A stretch of DNA of 64,000 nucleotides, from contig CAVUUM010000003.1 of the NCBI GenBank assembly GCA_963744665.1, forward strand, positions 62,508-126,507. Direction: 5' to 3'. The stretch's first letter is position 1, and the number at the start of each line of letters is the position of its first letter. This stretch comes from an uncultured delta proteobacterium (GTDB lineage Bacteria; Desulfobacterota; Desulfobacteria; Desulfobacterales; B30-G6). This document shows, one piece after another, positions 39,900-48,667 of the stretch. The position numbers were made by a program, and so were the translations under genes. The notes beneath the pieces are model-generated. The model was not told where the DNA came from and ran no database searches. It was given only the letters and a program-made list of their open reading frames with translations.

Positions 39900-41330
39900 A
39901 TGCCCGATAAAAGCATAAACACGGAGATCGCGGTGATGGGCGCCGGTCCCGGTGGCTACGCAGCAGCGTTTCTAGCGGCTGATCTGGGGATGGATGTCGT
40001 GTTGATAGACCCCAATAAAAATCCTGGTGGCGTTTGCCTCTACCGGGGATGTATCCCTTCGAAAACGTATCTGCACGCCGCCAGAGTGATACAGGAAGCA
40101 GCCGAATCCGAGAAATGGGGGGTGCTGTTTTCAAAACCGACCATCGATATCGACAAACTGCGGTCCTGGAAAAACAATGTGGTCACCAAGCTGACGAATG
40201 GGCTCGGCCGATTGTCTGCCCAGCGTAAGATCAATTATATCCAGGGTCTGGCGCAGTTCAAAAATGATCGCGAACTCAGCATCCATACCGATACGGGCAC
40301 GACCATTGCCTGCACCTTCAAACATGCCATTATCGCCACAGGGTCTGTTTCAAGCAAACCAGACGGCCTGTGGCGGGACACGCCCAACTTTCTGGACTCA
40401 AGACGAGCCCTTGAGCTTGACGATATCCCTGAGCATCTGCTGGTGATCGGTGGGGGGTATATCGGTCTCGAATTGGGAACGGTTTATGCCTCCTTAGGGT
40501 CACGGGTAACGGTGGTTGAAATCACACCGAGCCTGCTCCCGGGCGTCGATAAGGACCTGGTAACCATATTGAAACGGGGTCTGGACCCCTTGTTGGAAAC
40601 GATCGCCCTGGAAACCCGGGCGCACAATTTCGATATGAAGAAGAATGGCATCCAAGTGACCCTGACAGGACCGGGCAGTGAATCAAAAACCCGTCTTTTC
40701 AACAAGGTTCTGGTGGCTGTCGGCCGCCGGCCCAATTCCGAAGCCATCGGTCTTGCCAATACCGGTATCGAAACCGATGACAACGGTTTCATCAAGGTCG
40801 ATGCCCAGTGCCGCACGTCAACCCCGCATGTTTTCGCCATAGGTGATGTGGCCAACGAACCCATGCTGGCCCATAAGGCTTCCCATCAAGGCCGGGCTGC
40901 CGTGGAAGTTATCTCCGGAAAGAAGGCAGGCTTTGAGCCTGCTGCGATACCGGCGGTGGTATTTACCGATCCGGAAATCGCGTGGGCCGGCTTGACCGAA
41001 AAGGAAGCCCGGGAAAAGGGAATCGATTTCCAGGTAACCCGATTCCCCTGGGCGGCATCCGGCCGCGCCATAGCCATCGGCCGCACAGACGGCCTGACCA
41101 AGCTGATCATTCACTCCCAAACAGAACGCATCCTGGGATTGGGTATTGCCGGCCCCGGTGCAAGCGAAATGATCGCCGAGGGCGTACTGGCCATCGAAAT
41201 GGGAGCCAACGCAACGGATCTCAAACTATCCATACATCCACATCCCACGCTGACGGAAACCGTCATGGAAGCGGCAGACCTCTTTTTTCACACCGCTACC
41301 CACTTCTACAAACCCCGGCGCAGAAAATAG
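39900..41330 (+). CDS. lpdA: dihydrolipoyl dehydrogenase (E3)
   Basis: GAGPGGY FAD motif, redox disulfide GGVCLYRGCIPSK and C-terminal HPHPTLTE. Confidence 0.9.
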   Translation: MPDKSINTEIAVMGAGPGGYAAAFLAADLGMDVVLIDPNKNPGGVCLYRGCIPSKTYLHAARVIQEAAESEKWGVLFSKPTIDIDKLRSWKNNVVTKLTNGLGRLSAQRKINYIQGLAQFKNDRELSIHTDTGTTIACTFKHAIIATGSVSSKPDGLWRDTPNFLDSRRALELDDIPEHLLVIGGGYIGLELGTVYASLGSRVTVVEITPSLLPGVDKDLVTILKRGLDPLLETIALETRAHNFDMKKNGIQVTLTGPGSESKTRLFNKVLVAVGRRPNSEAIGLANTGIETDDNGFIKVDAQCRTSTPHVFAIGDVANEPMLAHKASHQGRAAVEVISGKKAGFEPAAIPAVVFTDPEIAWAGLTEKEAREKGIDFQVTRFPWAASGRAIAIGRTDGLTKLIIHSQTERILGLGIAGPGASEMIAEGVLAIEMGANATDLKLSIHPHPTLTETVMEAADLFFHTATHFYKPRRRK

Positions 41331-41331
41331 G

Positions 41332-42240
41332 ATGTCTCACGTAATTTCGAAACATCAGGTAAGGAAACCCCAGATGCCTGAAAGTGGAATGCATTTCATC
41401 AAACCGTTTGTCTTCACAAGCCTGGCGCTGATCGCCTTTGCCGCCAACTCCGTGCTCTGCAGGCTGGCACTGGGGGGGAAAGCCATCGATGCGGCCGGTT
41501 TTACGTCCATCCGTCTGATATCCGGTGCCCTTGTCCTGTTATGCATATTAAGAGTGAGCGGCAATAAAAAAACCACCACAAAAGGCAGTTGGTCTGCGGC
41601 CTTTATGCTGTTTCTTTATGCGGTTACCTTTTCATTTGCCTATCTGACCCTCAACACGGGAACAGGTGCCTTGATCTTGTTCGGATCCGTGCAGATAACC
41701 ATGATTTTAAGGTCTCTTTTTTCAGGAAACAGACTGCTTCCAATCGAATGGGTGGGTGTGGTCACCGCCTTCTCCGGTATTGTTTATCTTGTCCTGCCCG
41801 GTGTCACAGCGCCTTCTTTTACGGGGTTTTCTCTGATGGCATTGGCCGGCATCGCCTGGGGTCTCTACACACTGAAAGGTAGAAATTCAACATCTCCCTT
41901 GTCTGATACAACCCATAACTTTCTGCGTTCCCTTCCGTTTGCCATTGTTCTGGCTCTGCTATTTTTTAACAATGCGCACATCTCCGGCGGGGGAATACTT
42001 CTGGCGATCATATCCGGCGGCATTACATCAGGAATTGGCTACACCCTCTGGTATATGGCGCTTCGGGGGATATCCGCAACACAGGCCGCTGTTGTCCAAC
42101 TGTCGGTTCCTGTCATTGCAGGTTTCGGAGGCGTATTATTCGTTTCTGAACAGATCAGCCTGCGTTTGACACTCTCAGCCCTGCTGACACTGGGGGGTAT
42201 CCTGATGGTCATCCTGGGCCGGAATACCAAACGTCCATAA
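41332..42240 (+). CDS. EamA/DMT family transporter
   Basis: About 10 hydrophobic segments in two EamA-like halves. The exact start is uncertain. Confidence 0.75.
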   Translation: MSHVISKHQVRKPQMPESGMHFIKPFVFTSLALIAFAANSVLCRLALGGKAIDAAGFTSIRLISGALVLLCILRVSGNKKTTTKGSWSAAFMLFLYAVTFSFAYLTLNTGTGALILFGSVQITMILRSLFSGNRLLPIEWVGVVTAFSGIVYLVLPGVTAPSFTGFSLMALAGIAWGLYTLKGRNSTSPLSDTTHNFLRSLPFAIVLALLFFNNAHISGGGILLAIISGGITSGIGYTLWYMALRGISATQAAVVQLSVPVIAGFGGVLFVSEQISLRLTLSALLTLGGILMVILGRNTKRP

Positions 42241-42269
42241 CGTGTCTCCGATATGGGGGACGGGTATTC

Positions 42270-42470
42270 ATATATTACTATCCACGTCTTTTCAGATGAC
42301 TGTCCTTTAAACCGCTTTTGCGACTGTACAGCCGCCAGGAATGTTTCCTGAACAAGATCTTCCGCAATCTCTCTCTTATTGACCCTTGCAAGAGCAAAAT
42401 GAAACAGTGCGTCGCCATATTGATCCACCCAGGTATCGGCATTCAATTTCAGCGCACGTTTCATTTCCAT
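42270..42470 (-). pseudogene. ECF sigma-70 factor fragment (region 2 only)
   Basis: WVDQYGDALFHFALARVNKREIAEDLVQETFLAAVQSQKRFKGQSSEKTW matches sigma-70 region 2. The rest of the 143-aa ORF is unlike sigma factors and overlaps the EamA gene. Confidence 0.5.
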
Positions 42471-42481
42471 ATGGCATCCTT

Positions 42482-42504
42482 ATAAAATCGTTTTACGATT
42501 TCAT
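42482..42504. repeat. ATAAAATCG-N5-CGATTTYAT palindrome, copy 3
   Basis: ATAAAATCG-tttta-CGATTTCAT lies just upstream of the sigma-factor fragment. Confidence 0.75.
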
Positions 42505-42552
42505 GAGGATACCAACATGGTCGCATTTTGCAAGTTGTCTGTATCGCTAGGT

Positions 42553-43320
42553 CTATTGACCGTTCAGCGACCAGTCATAGTCCAGATACTTAATTTTAAG
42601 GGACGACCTTTGTTTGATGATTTCATTTTTCAGCTTGTCAGATGCGTATTGCTCAAAAAAACCAATGATGTCATCGTTGAAGTCTTCAAGAAACCATTTA
42701 AAGATGCTGCTGACATATAATGTATTTCCCTCCAGACGATTATATCCGGGGTTATTGATAAAATGCCGGGTTACCTCATCCAGTTGCATGTCCAATTGAT
42801 TGCCGCTAAACGGTTCCTGATAAAGCGGAGGACATCCTTTGGATGCGCAGTTGATGGCAAAATGAACCCTTGGATCCTTAAATTCCGGGCGGAGAATATC
42901 GTGTTCGAGATGGTCCAGGGTTGTTATCATTCCCCCTAATTTGACAATTTTTTTTTCCCATGGACTTTTAAACAGACTCCCCAGATCTTTTATCGACCCA
43001 ACACCCGGATACCCGGAAAGAATGAGTTTAATGGTCCAGGCATTGTAGGCGTTGACATAAAAGGCAAACCGTTCGTTGCGTGGAAGTAACTCAGGATCGA
43101 TTTTGGCAAGACCATCCAGGTAAACATCAAGACGAGCCTCTTGCCTTTTCAATCCCCCATAATCCACATGACCTTCCTGGTTGTATTTTGCCAGAAGCTC
43201 ACCGAAAATTTGATGATCTTCCGCTGACCCCACAGATGCAGGCAACAGGAACATCCATCCAATGAAAAAAATCCAACACGTATATTTTTTGGCATTCAAC
43301 GGTTGTTTATAGGTATTCAT
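42553..43320 (-). CDS. DUF547 domain protein with a signal peptide
   Basis: FAFYVNAYNAWTIKLIL...HDILR...DPRVHFAINCASKGCPPL matches the DUF547 pattern. Confidence 0.7.
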   Translation of the reverse strand: MNTYKQPLNAKKYTCWIFFIGWMFLLPASVGSAEDHQIFGELLAKYNQEGHVDYGGLKRQEARLDVYLDGLAKIDPELLPRNERFAFYVNAYNAWTIKLILSGYPGVGSIKDLGSLFKSPWEKKIVKLGGMITTLDHLEHDILRPEFKDPRVHFAINCASKGCPPLYQEPFSGNQLDMQLDEVTRHFINNPGYNRLEGNTLYVSSIFKWFLEDFNDDIIGFFEQYASDKLKNEIIKQRSSLKIKYLDYDWSLNGQ

Positions 43321-43726
43321 CTTGTTTCCCCTCCTATCCCGCTTTGTTCATCTTATCCCCTCATCCAGGTATGGTACCGGCCCACCCAGTTGAGCAGTTT
43401 CTCAGGCGCATGCGCCTGTTTCCATTATTTGGATCAACGCTTGTGGCGCTGATCCAAATTGATATTACAATGCCGCCTTTTATGTGGGGGATCGTTTGAA
43501 ATATTCCGACCCGAAACATGTGAAAAGCAACTTGAACAGTATCCGTGGCAAGGATCAGGAATCCATGCTGATTGAAGCTATAAGTGGGGTGACAACGGTC
43601 CCATTGAATGAATTCTCTGAGATTGTTAAATACAATATGACTGGACTGGGCAGGTTCGACTACCAATCCATGTGGGCAGACAATTTTAGAGATTTGGCGG
43701 AAAAACGCCCCGACGCTTGATCTAGT

Positions 43727-44722
43727 TCAGGCCACCTGCTTGCTTAAATCCGATTTGAGATAAGATTGGACAACCTGTTGCTGATAAAGGCTCAGGCTCT
43801 GGAAAGAAACGCCGATCCCATTGGCGTCTCTTCGAACAACCGTACCTTTGATCGTAATATTCCGCCAGTTATTTAAAGATGTCAGGGCCAGCAGGATTTC
43901 ACTGCTGACCGTCACTGGATGGTGGGTCTCGATATAAACGCCACCAAGGCTGATATTTTTTATAACCCCCTCGTAAGACCAGTCACCGATATCAAAATCC
44001 ACCGTGATATTGCAGTCATATCGTGGGTATCGACGCATCTCGGCCTTTTTAACCTGCCGCTCATCCTCGGCTTTATGGCTTTCCAGCAAAAGACTCATGA
44101 GGGGAATATTGATCTCCCGCTCTTTTTCAAAGGGTTCAAAATCGATATCGATCAGGATGTTGGACCATGCCAGAATTTCAATGGCAGCTTTTTTGCCTTT
44201 CAGCTCCCCGAGCTTTGCGGCAATCAACTCCCCCTTGTTGAAGTATAGTTCTCCGGTTTCACGACCTCCACGGATGCGCAAGGCACAAGAATTTCCTTCC
44301 AGCTCAAGCATTTGGGTAAACGATGAAAGACTGATACCGCGGATGCGGCCCCCATATGCTATCTTAAGCTCGGCCAGCAGCAGCTCGGTAAGCGCATCCA
44401 TATTGATTGGCTCTTCAAGATATGCAGATACACCAACCTGGTCAATTTTTGATTTCAAGGTCGGTGATACCACATCGGTCAGAACCACTCGCGATACCCC
44501 CGGCCGTGATTCTTTCAGTTTTTGAACAAAACGGATGCTGTCTTCCTCTGGTACCCGGAGGCCGGTAATCACCAGATCGACCGTTACCTTGTCGATAAGC
44601 TTTAATGCCTTGGCACTGTTTTCAACTTTTATGATCCGGAAAAAAACACCGTGATCCCTCAACAGGCTTGCTACAATTTCACGCATAACCGGATCATTAT
44701 CGACAATCATTACAGTTTTCAT
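43727..44722 (-). CDS. response-regulator receiver - DUF4388 - PilZ domain protein
   Basis: REC domain (IVDND...DLVITGL), a DUF4388-like middle (LSSFTQMLELEGNSCALRI...GELYFNKGELIAA) and PilZ motifs RRYPR and NISLGG. Confidence 0.75.
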   Translation of the reverse strand: MKTVMIVDNDPVMREIVASLLRDHGVFFRIIKVENSAKALKLIDKVTVDLVITGLRVPEEDSIRFVQKLKESRPGVSRVVLTDVVSPTLKSKIDQVGVSAYLEEPINMDALTELLLAELKIAYGGRIRGISLSSFTQMLELEGNSCALRIRGGRETGELYFNKGELIAAKLGELKGKKAAIEILAWSNILIDIDFEPFEKEREINIPLMSLLLESHKAEDERQVKKAEMRRYPRYDCNITVDFDIGDWSYEGVIKNISLGGVYIETHHPVTVSSEILLALTSLNNWRNITIKGTVVRRDANGIGVSFQSLSLYQQQVVQSYLKSDLSKQVA

Positions 44723-44876
44723 AAAGACCACGTATTCCTGGTTTTTCCGTTCAACGCCGGCCCTTCATGCTGCATGCATTAACCATTTGGAATTGATACT
44801 AAAAAAAATCCACATGGGTCAAGTGATAATTTCTTCTTGACAAACATTCTCCGGTTAAATATGTCTGCATGCTCAC

Positions 44877-44978
44877 ATGAGGAAACTATCAAACATCGTT
44901 AGAGACCATTTTAAATCAAAATATTATCATTTTGGACGCTTCTTCTTTTGCTTTAGAAGCGTCCATCCGGCTATCTGA
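44877..44978 (+). CDS. candidate aromatic-rich leader peptide upstream of aroF-pheA
   Basis: 33 codons: MRKLSNIVRDHFKSKYYHFGRFFFCFRSVHPAI (6 Phe, 2 Tyr). The FFF codons lie in the perfect hairpin GGACGCTTCT/AGAAGCGTCC (44934-44964). There is no clear SD. Confidence 0.4.
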   Translation: MRKLSNIVRDHFKSKYYHFGRFFFCFRSVHPAI

Positions 44979-44998
44979 CAACCACAGACAGTCAAGTT

Positions 44999-45035
44999 CC
45001 CCGGGTGGATATTTCAGACCGCTCGGGGTTTTTTT
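44999..45035 (+). terminator. intrinsic terminator/attenuator 1 in the aroF leader
   Basis: Imperfect stem CCCCGGGTGG...CCGCTCGGGG followed by TTTTTTT. Confidence 0.5.
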
Positions 45036-45038
45036 AAG

Positions 45039-45069
45039 CCCTGAGAATTGATTTCTCGGGGTTTTTTTT
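45039..45069 (+). terminator. intrinsic terminator/attenuator 2 in the aroF leader
   Basis: CCCTGAGAA-ttgat-TTCTCGGGG followed by TTTTTTTT, ending 17 nt before the aroF ATG. Confidence 0.55.
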
Positions 45070-45086
45070 ATAGGGAGAGAGAGCAC

Positions 45087-45917
45087 ATGAAAAACTTGAA
45101 ACTCGCTTCAAGGAAACCCGGCAGACGAACGATTATCGACATCGATGGTGTCACCATCGGTTCCGGGCTCGTGGTCATCGCCGGTCCCTGCAGTGTCGAA
45201 AGTGAAGAACAGATGCTTGAGGCAGCTCACGCGGTAAAACAGGCGGGAGCCAACATGCTACGGGGGGGTGCTTTCAAGCCCCGGACATCACCATACGCAT
45301 TTCAGGGTTTGGGTCTTCAAGGGCTGAGAATATTGGAAAAAGCGAAAAATGAGACCGGTCTGCCCATCGTTACAGAAGTTATCGATCCCCGCGATGTCAG
45401 CTGGATTGCGGAGTTTGCCGATGTTCTGCAAATTGGAACACGCAATATGCAAAATTTTGCACTGTTAAAAGAAGTCGGGAAATCCGGACGACCTGTTTTG
45501 CTGAAACGGGGCATGTATTCCACACTGGCCGAATGGTTAAACTGTGCCGAGTATATTCTGAGTGAGGGAAATCCGAAGGTCATTCTATGTGAAAGAGGTA
45601 TCCGGACATTTGAAAAGTATACCCGAAACACCCTTGACCTCAGTGCCGTTCCCGCAATAAAAGAACTGACCCATCTTCCCATCATCATTGACCCGACGCA
45701 CAGCACCGGTCGTCTCAGTCTGATAGAGCCCATGAGCATGGCAGCTGTTGCAGCCGGCTGTGACGGCTTGATAGTGGAAGTTCATGCCAAACCGGAAGAG
45801 GCACTCTGTGACGCAGACCAGGCACTGACACCGGCAATGTTCACCCACTTGATGGATCACGTTCATTCCTTGCATTCATTTTTGGAAAGCACCAAACAAA
45901 AACATTCAACGAGGTGA
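45087..45917 (+). CDS. aroF: 3-deoxy-7-phosphoheptulonate (DAHP) synthase, type I-beta
   Basis: [13 protein letters not shown]...[34 protein letters not shown] before ATG at 45087. Confidence 0.9.
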   Translation: MKNLKLASRKPGRRTIIDIDGVTIGSGLVVIAGPCSVESEEQMLEAAHAVKQAGANMLRGGAFKPRTSPYAFQGLGLQGLRILEKAKNETGLPIVTEVIDPRDVSWIAEFADVLQIGTRNMQNFALLKEVGKSGRPVLLKRGMYSTLAEWLNCAEYILSEGNPKVILCERGIRTFEKYTRNTLDLSAVPAIKELTHLPIIIDPTHSTGRLSLIEPMSMAAVAAGCDGLIVEVHAKPEEALCDADQALTPAMFTHLMDHVHSLHSFLESTKQKHSTR

Positions 45918-45920
45918 CAC

Positions 45921-46985
45921 ATGAAACTGGAAGAAATTCGCAGTCGGATCGATAAAATTGACAGGGAACTTCTGGTCATTCTCCAGGAGAGAATGGGACT
46001 GGCATTGCGCTCCAATAAATTCAAGCAGACCATCAGCGATCCCGAAAGGGAGAAATCCATGTTCGCCCAGATTGAACGGATGAACCTGGATCTCATCGAA
46101 GGGTCCTTTTCAAGGCAACTTCTGCAGACCATTATAACGGAAAGCAAACGCCTCCAGGAAGAGGATCGCCCCCTGGTGGCCTTTCAAGGCGAACACGGGG
46201 CTTACGGGGAGGTGGCAGCCCGCCGGCTGGTTCCTGAGGGCGCCTACATTCCCTGCATGGAATTTATAGATGTTTTTCGCGGTGTCGAAGAAGGCTCTCT
46301 CGACCTGGGTGTGGTGCCCGTGGAAAACTCCCTTGAAGGTGCCGTAACACAGGTCAATGAACTGCTGACCACTACCCGCCTGAAAGTTATCGGCGAAGCC
46401 AAAGTGCCAGTGAACCATTGTCTTCTGGCAACCGAAGATACCGATTACCGGGAAATTCGGATGGTCTATTCACATCCCCAGGCCCTGGCACAGTGCCGAG
46501 GATTTCTCACCCGGAACAAGCTCGAACCAAGACCGTTCTATGACACGGCAGGTGCGGCAAAAATGCTGGCAAGGGAAAATTTAAAAGCGGCGGCGGCCAT
46601 TGCCAGTGCCTTGAGCGCAGAACTCTACAATCTTGAAATTATCAAAGAAAAAATTGAAGACGGACCGTCCAACTCAACCCGCTTTCTTCTTTTGTCCAGG
46701 GAAGCAACGGTCAGTGGTGGCAACAAGACCTCGATTATCTTTGCCACGCCCCACACGGCCGGCAGTCTTTACAGTGTCCTGCGTCTCTTTGCTGAAGCCG
46801 ATATCAACCTGACAAGAATTGCATCAATGCCGCTGCGCTCGGAGCCGAGTAACTACAGCTTCTTCCTGGATTTTGAAGGCGCGGAATCTGATGAAAAGAT
46901 CGCCGTTGTTCTGGATAAAATGGAAAAACTGACAATTTCATTGAAAAATCTCGGCACTTATCCTGCTGATGCAAATCCCCAATAA
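45921..46985 (+). CDS. pheA: bifunctional chorismate mutase / prephenate dehydratase (P-protein)
   Basis: CM domain (IRSRIDKIDRELLVILQERM), PDT domain (VAFQGEHGAYGE...VPVENSLEG) and a C-terminal ACT domain. Confidence 0.9.
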   Translation: MKLEEIRSRIDKIDRELLVILQERMGLALRSNKFKQTISDPEREKSMFAQIERMNLDLIEGSFSRQLLQTIITESKRLQEEDRPLVAFQGEHGAYGEVAARRLVPEGAYIPCMEFIDVFRGVEEGSLDLGVVPVENSLEGAVTQVNELLTTTRLKVIGEAKVPVNHCLLATEDTDYREIRMVYSHPQALAQCRGFLTRNKLEPRPFYDTAGAAKMLARENLKAAAAIASALSAELYNLEIIKEKIEDGPSNSTRFLLLSREATVSGGNKTSIIFATPHTAGSLYSVLRLFAEADINLTRIASMPLRSEPSNYSFFLDFEGAESDEKIAVVLDKMEKLTISLKNLGTYPADANPQ

Positions 46986-47022
46986 AATCGTTACACGATT
47001 TTATAAAACGCGACCATGTCGC
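46982..47022 (+). repeat. ATAAAATCG-N5-CGATTTTAT palindrome, copy 4, plus an adjacent GCGAC-N3-GTCGC hairpin
   Basis: ATAAAATCG-ttaca-CGATTTTAT-aaaa-CGCGACCATGTCGC. It overlaps the pheA stop. The ATG of the next gene sits in the second loop. Confidence 0.8.
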
Positions 47023-47639
47023 TCCCAGGGACGAATAAGGTGGAAGATAAAATCTCATTTAAATCCGATGGGTTTCAATTACAGGGACTTCTGCATCGTG
47101 CCGGTGTAAACGGCGTGGTCGTAACACATCCCCACCCGAGGTATGGAGGTGACATGTACAATCCGGTGGTGGAAACCATCACCCAGGCATTTCAGCATCG
47201 GGGATATACGACATTACGGTTCAATTTTAGAGGCGTCGGCAATAGTCAGGGGAGCTATGACAAGGGATTCGGAGAAAGAAGGGACGCCTGCCGGGCATTG
47301 GCCTATCTTGCGCAGATCAACATGGATAAAATCTGTCTGGCAGGATATTCATTCGGCGCATGGGTAAACGCCCAGATCCATCCGGGCGATGCACCCCTTA
47401 CCGAAATGATGATGGTCTCCCCGCCGGTGGCATTTATGGATTTCGGTTCCATTCAAGAGATAGCCAACCTGACGCTGGTGGTCACCGGTTCCGGGGACGA
47501 CATTGCACCGGCTCACATGATCCAGGAACGGCTGCCCTCCTGGAATCCGGCATCGCAATTTGAAATCATACCGGGGGCTGATCATTTTTTTACGGGTTAT
47601 GCCGACATTCTTTCCTCGACATTGATGACACATATATAG
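47016..47639 (+). CDS. alpha/beta hydrolase
   Basis: 207 aa. THPHPRYGG...NFRGVGNSQG and GYSFGAW nucleophile elbow. Confidence 0.7.
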   Translation: MSLPGTNKVEDKISFKSDGFQLQGLLHRAGVNGVVVTHPHPRYGGDMYNPVVETITQAFQHRGYTTLRFNFRGVGNSQGSYDKGFGERRDACRALAYLAQINMDKICLAGYSFGAWVNAQIHPGDAPLTEMMMVSPPVAFMDFGSIQEIANLTLVVTGSGDDIAPAHMIQERLPSWNPASQFEIIPGADHFFTGYADILSSTLMTHI

Positions 47640-47677
47640 AACCTATCTAAAAAATAGAATATTAAGGTAGCCTCTAA

Positions 47678-48580
47678 ATGAAACTCATCCATTTAAAGCT
47701 CCTCCTGACGGCCATTTTCTGGGGAGGAACATTCATTGCCGGGAGGGCGCTATCAGAACATGTAGCCCCCTTTTCAGCTGCCTTTCTACGCTTTGTCATA
47801 GCCACGATCCCGCTCCTGATCATGATGTATCGAATGGAAAGCCGCTTCCCCCTTATACAAAAAGAAAAATTTTTTTATCTGTTCCTGCTCGGTCTCACGG
47901 GGGTTTTCTTTTACAACGTGTTTTTCTTTAAAGGATTGCGTCTCATTCATGCGGGCAGAGCATCCCTCATTATTGCAAACAATCCGATTTTTATCGCCAT
48001 GGCCTCATTTTTCCTGTTCAAAGAAAAACTAAGTGCCGTCAAAATCGTCGGCATACTGGTGTCCGTGACCGGTGCCATGGTTGCCATAACCAGAGGAAAC
48101 CTCCAGACCATGCTGACAGAGAGTTTTGGGCGCGGTGAGCTTTTCATCTTTTTTGCGGTCCTGAGCTGGGTGTCCTATTCTTTAATCGGTAAACGCGTCA
48201 TGCAGGACTACTCCGCGATTGAAGCGGTTACCTATGCCTCTGTCACAGGCGCCATAATGCTGTTTCCGGCTGCTTTGGCCGAAGGAATGGCAACGGCCAT
48301 TTTCGATTATTCCCCGGCAGACTGGTTCAGCCTTTTCTATCTCGGTTTCTTTGGTACGGTTCTGGGTTTTGTCTGGTATTACGAGGGCATCAAAAAACTG
48401 GGACCGTCCAAGGCCAGCCTGTTCATCAATTTTGTTCCCATCAGTGCCATCCTGCTGGCCTTCCTATTTCTGGACGAGCCGCTTACCATCTCCCTCCTGG
48501 CAGGTGCCGCCATGGTCAGCCTGGGTGTTTATTTGACCAATACAGGATCTTTGTTCCACCTTCGCTCTCTACGTTTTTGA
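47678..48580 (+). CDS. EamA/DMT family transporter
   Basis: 300 aa with 10 hydrophobic segments in two EamA repeats. Confidence 0.8.
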   Translation: MKLIHLKLLLTAIFWGGTFIAGRALSEHVAPFSAAFLRFVIATIPLLIMMYRMESRFPLIQKEKFFYLFLLGLTGVFFYNVFFFKGLRLIHAGRASLIIANNPIFIAMASFFLFKEKLSAVKIVGILVSVTGAMVAITRGNLQTMLTESFGRGELFIFFAVLSWVSYSLIGKRVMQDYSAIEAVTYASVTGAIMLFPAALAEGMATAIFDYSPADWFSLFYLGFFGTVLGFVWYYEGIKKLGPSKASLFINFVPISAILLAFLFLDEPLTISLLAGAAMVSLGVYLTNTGSLFHLRSLRF

Positions 48581-48667
48581 CACCTGGTGGAATACTTTGA
48601 CATGCGAAAAGCAATTTAGTAAAATCATGGTTGCTGTTCGTTCCCATATAGCGCAAGCGGGTATGCC

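Noticed and set aside
42039-42470. The full 143-aa ORF taken as an intact gene.
   Set aside because: Only the first 65 or so residues look like a sigma factor. The remainder overlaps the EamA transporter gene on the opposite strand and has no sigma region 4.
43361-43720. ORFs 43484..43720(+) (78 aa, GTG start) and 43361..43666(-) in the DUF547 / REC-PilZ spacer.
   Set aside because: Neither has a recognisable motif or a convincing RBS, and they overlap each other. The region also contains a 9+3-bp hairpin (TTTGGATCA.CGC...GCG.TGATCCAAA, about 43429-43458). There is not enough evidence to call a gene.
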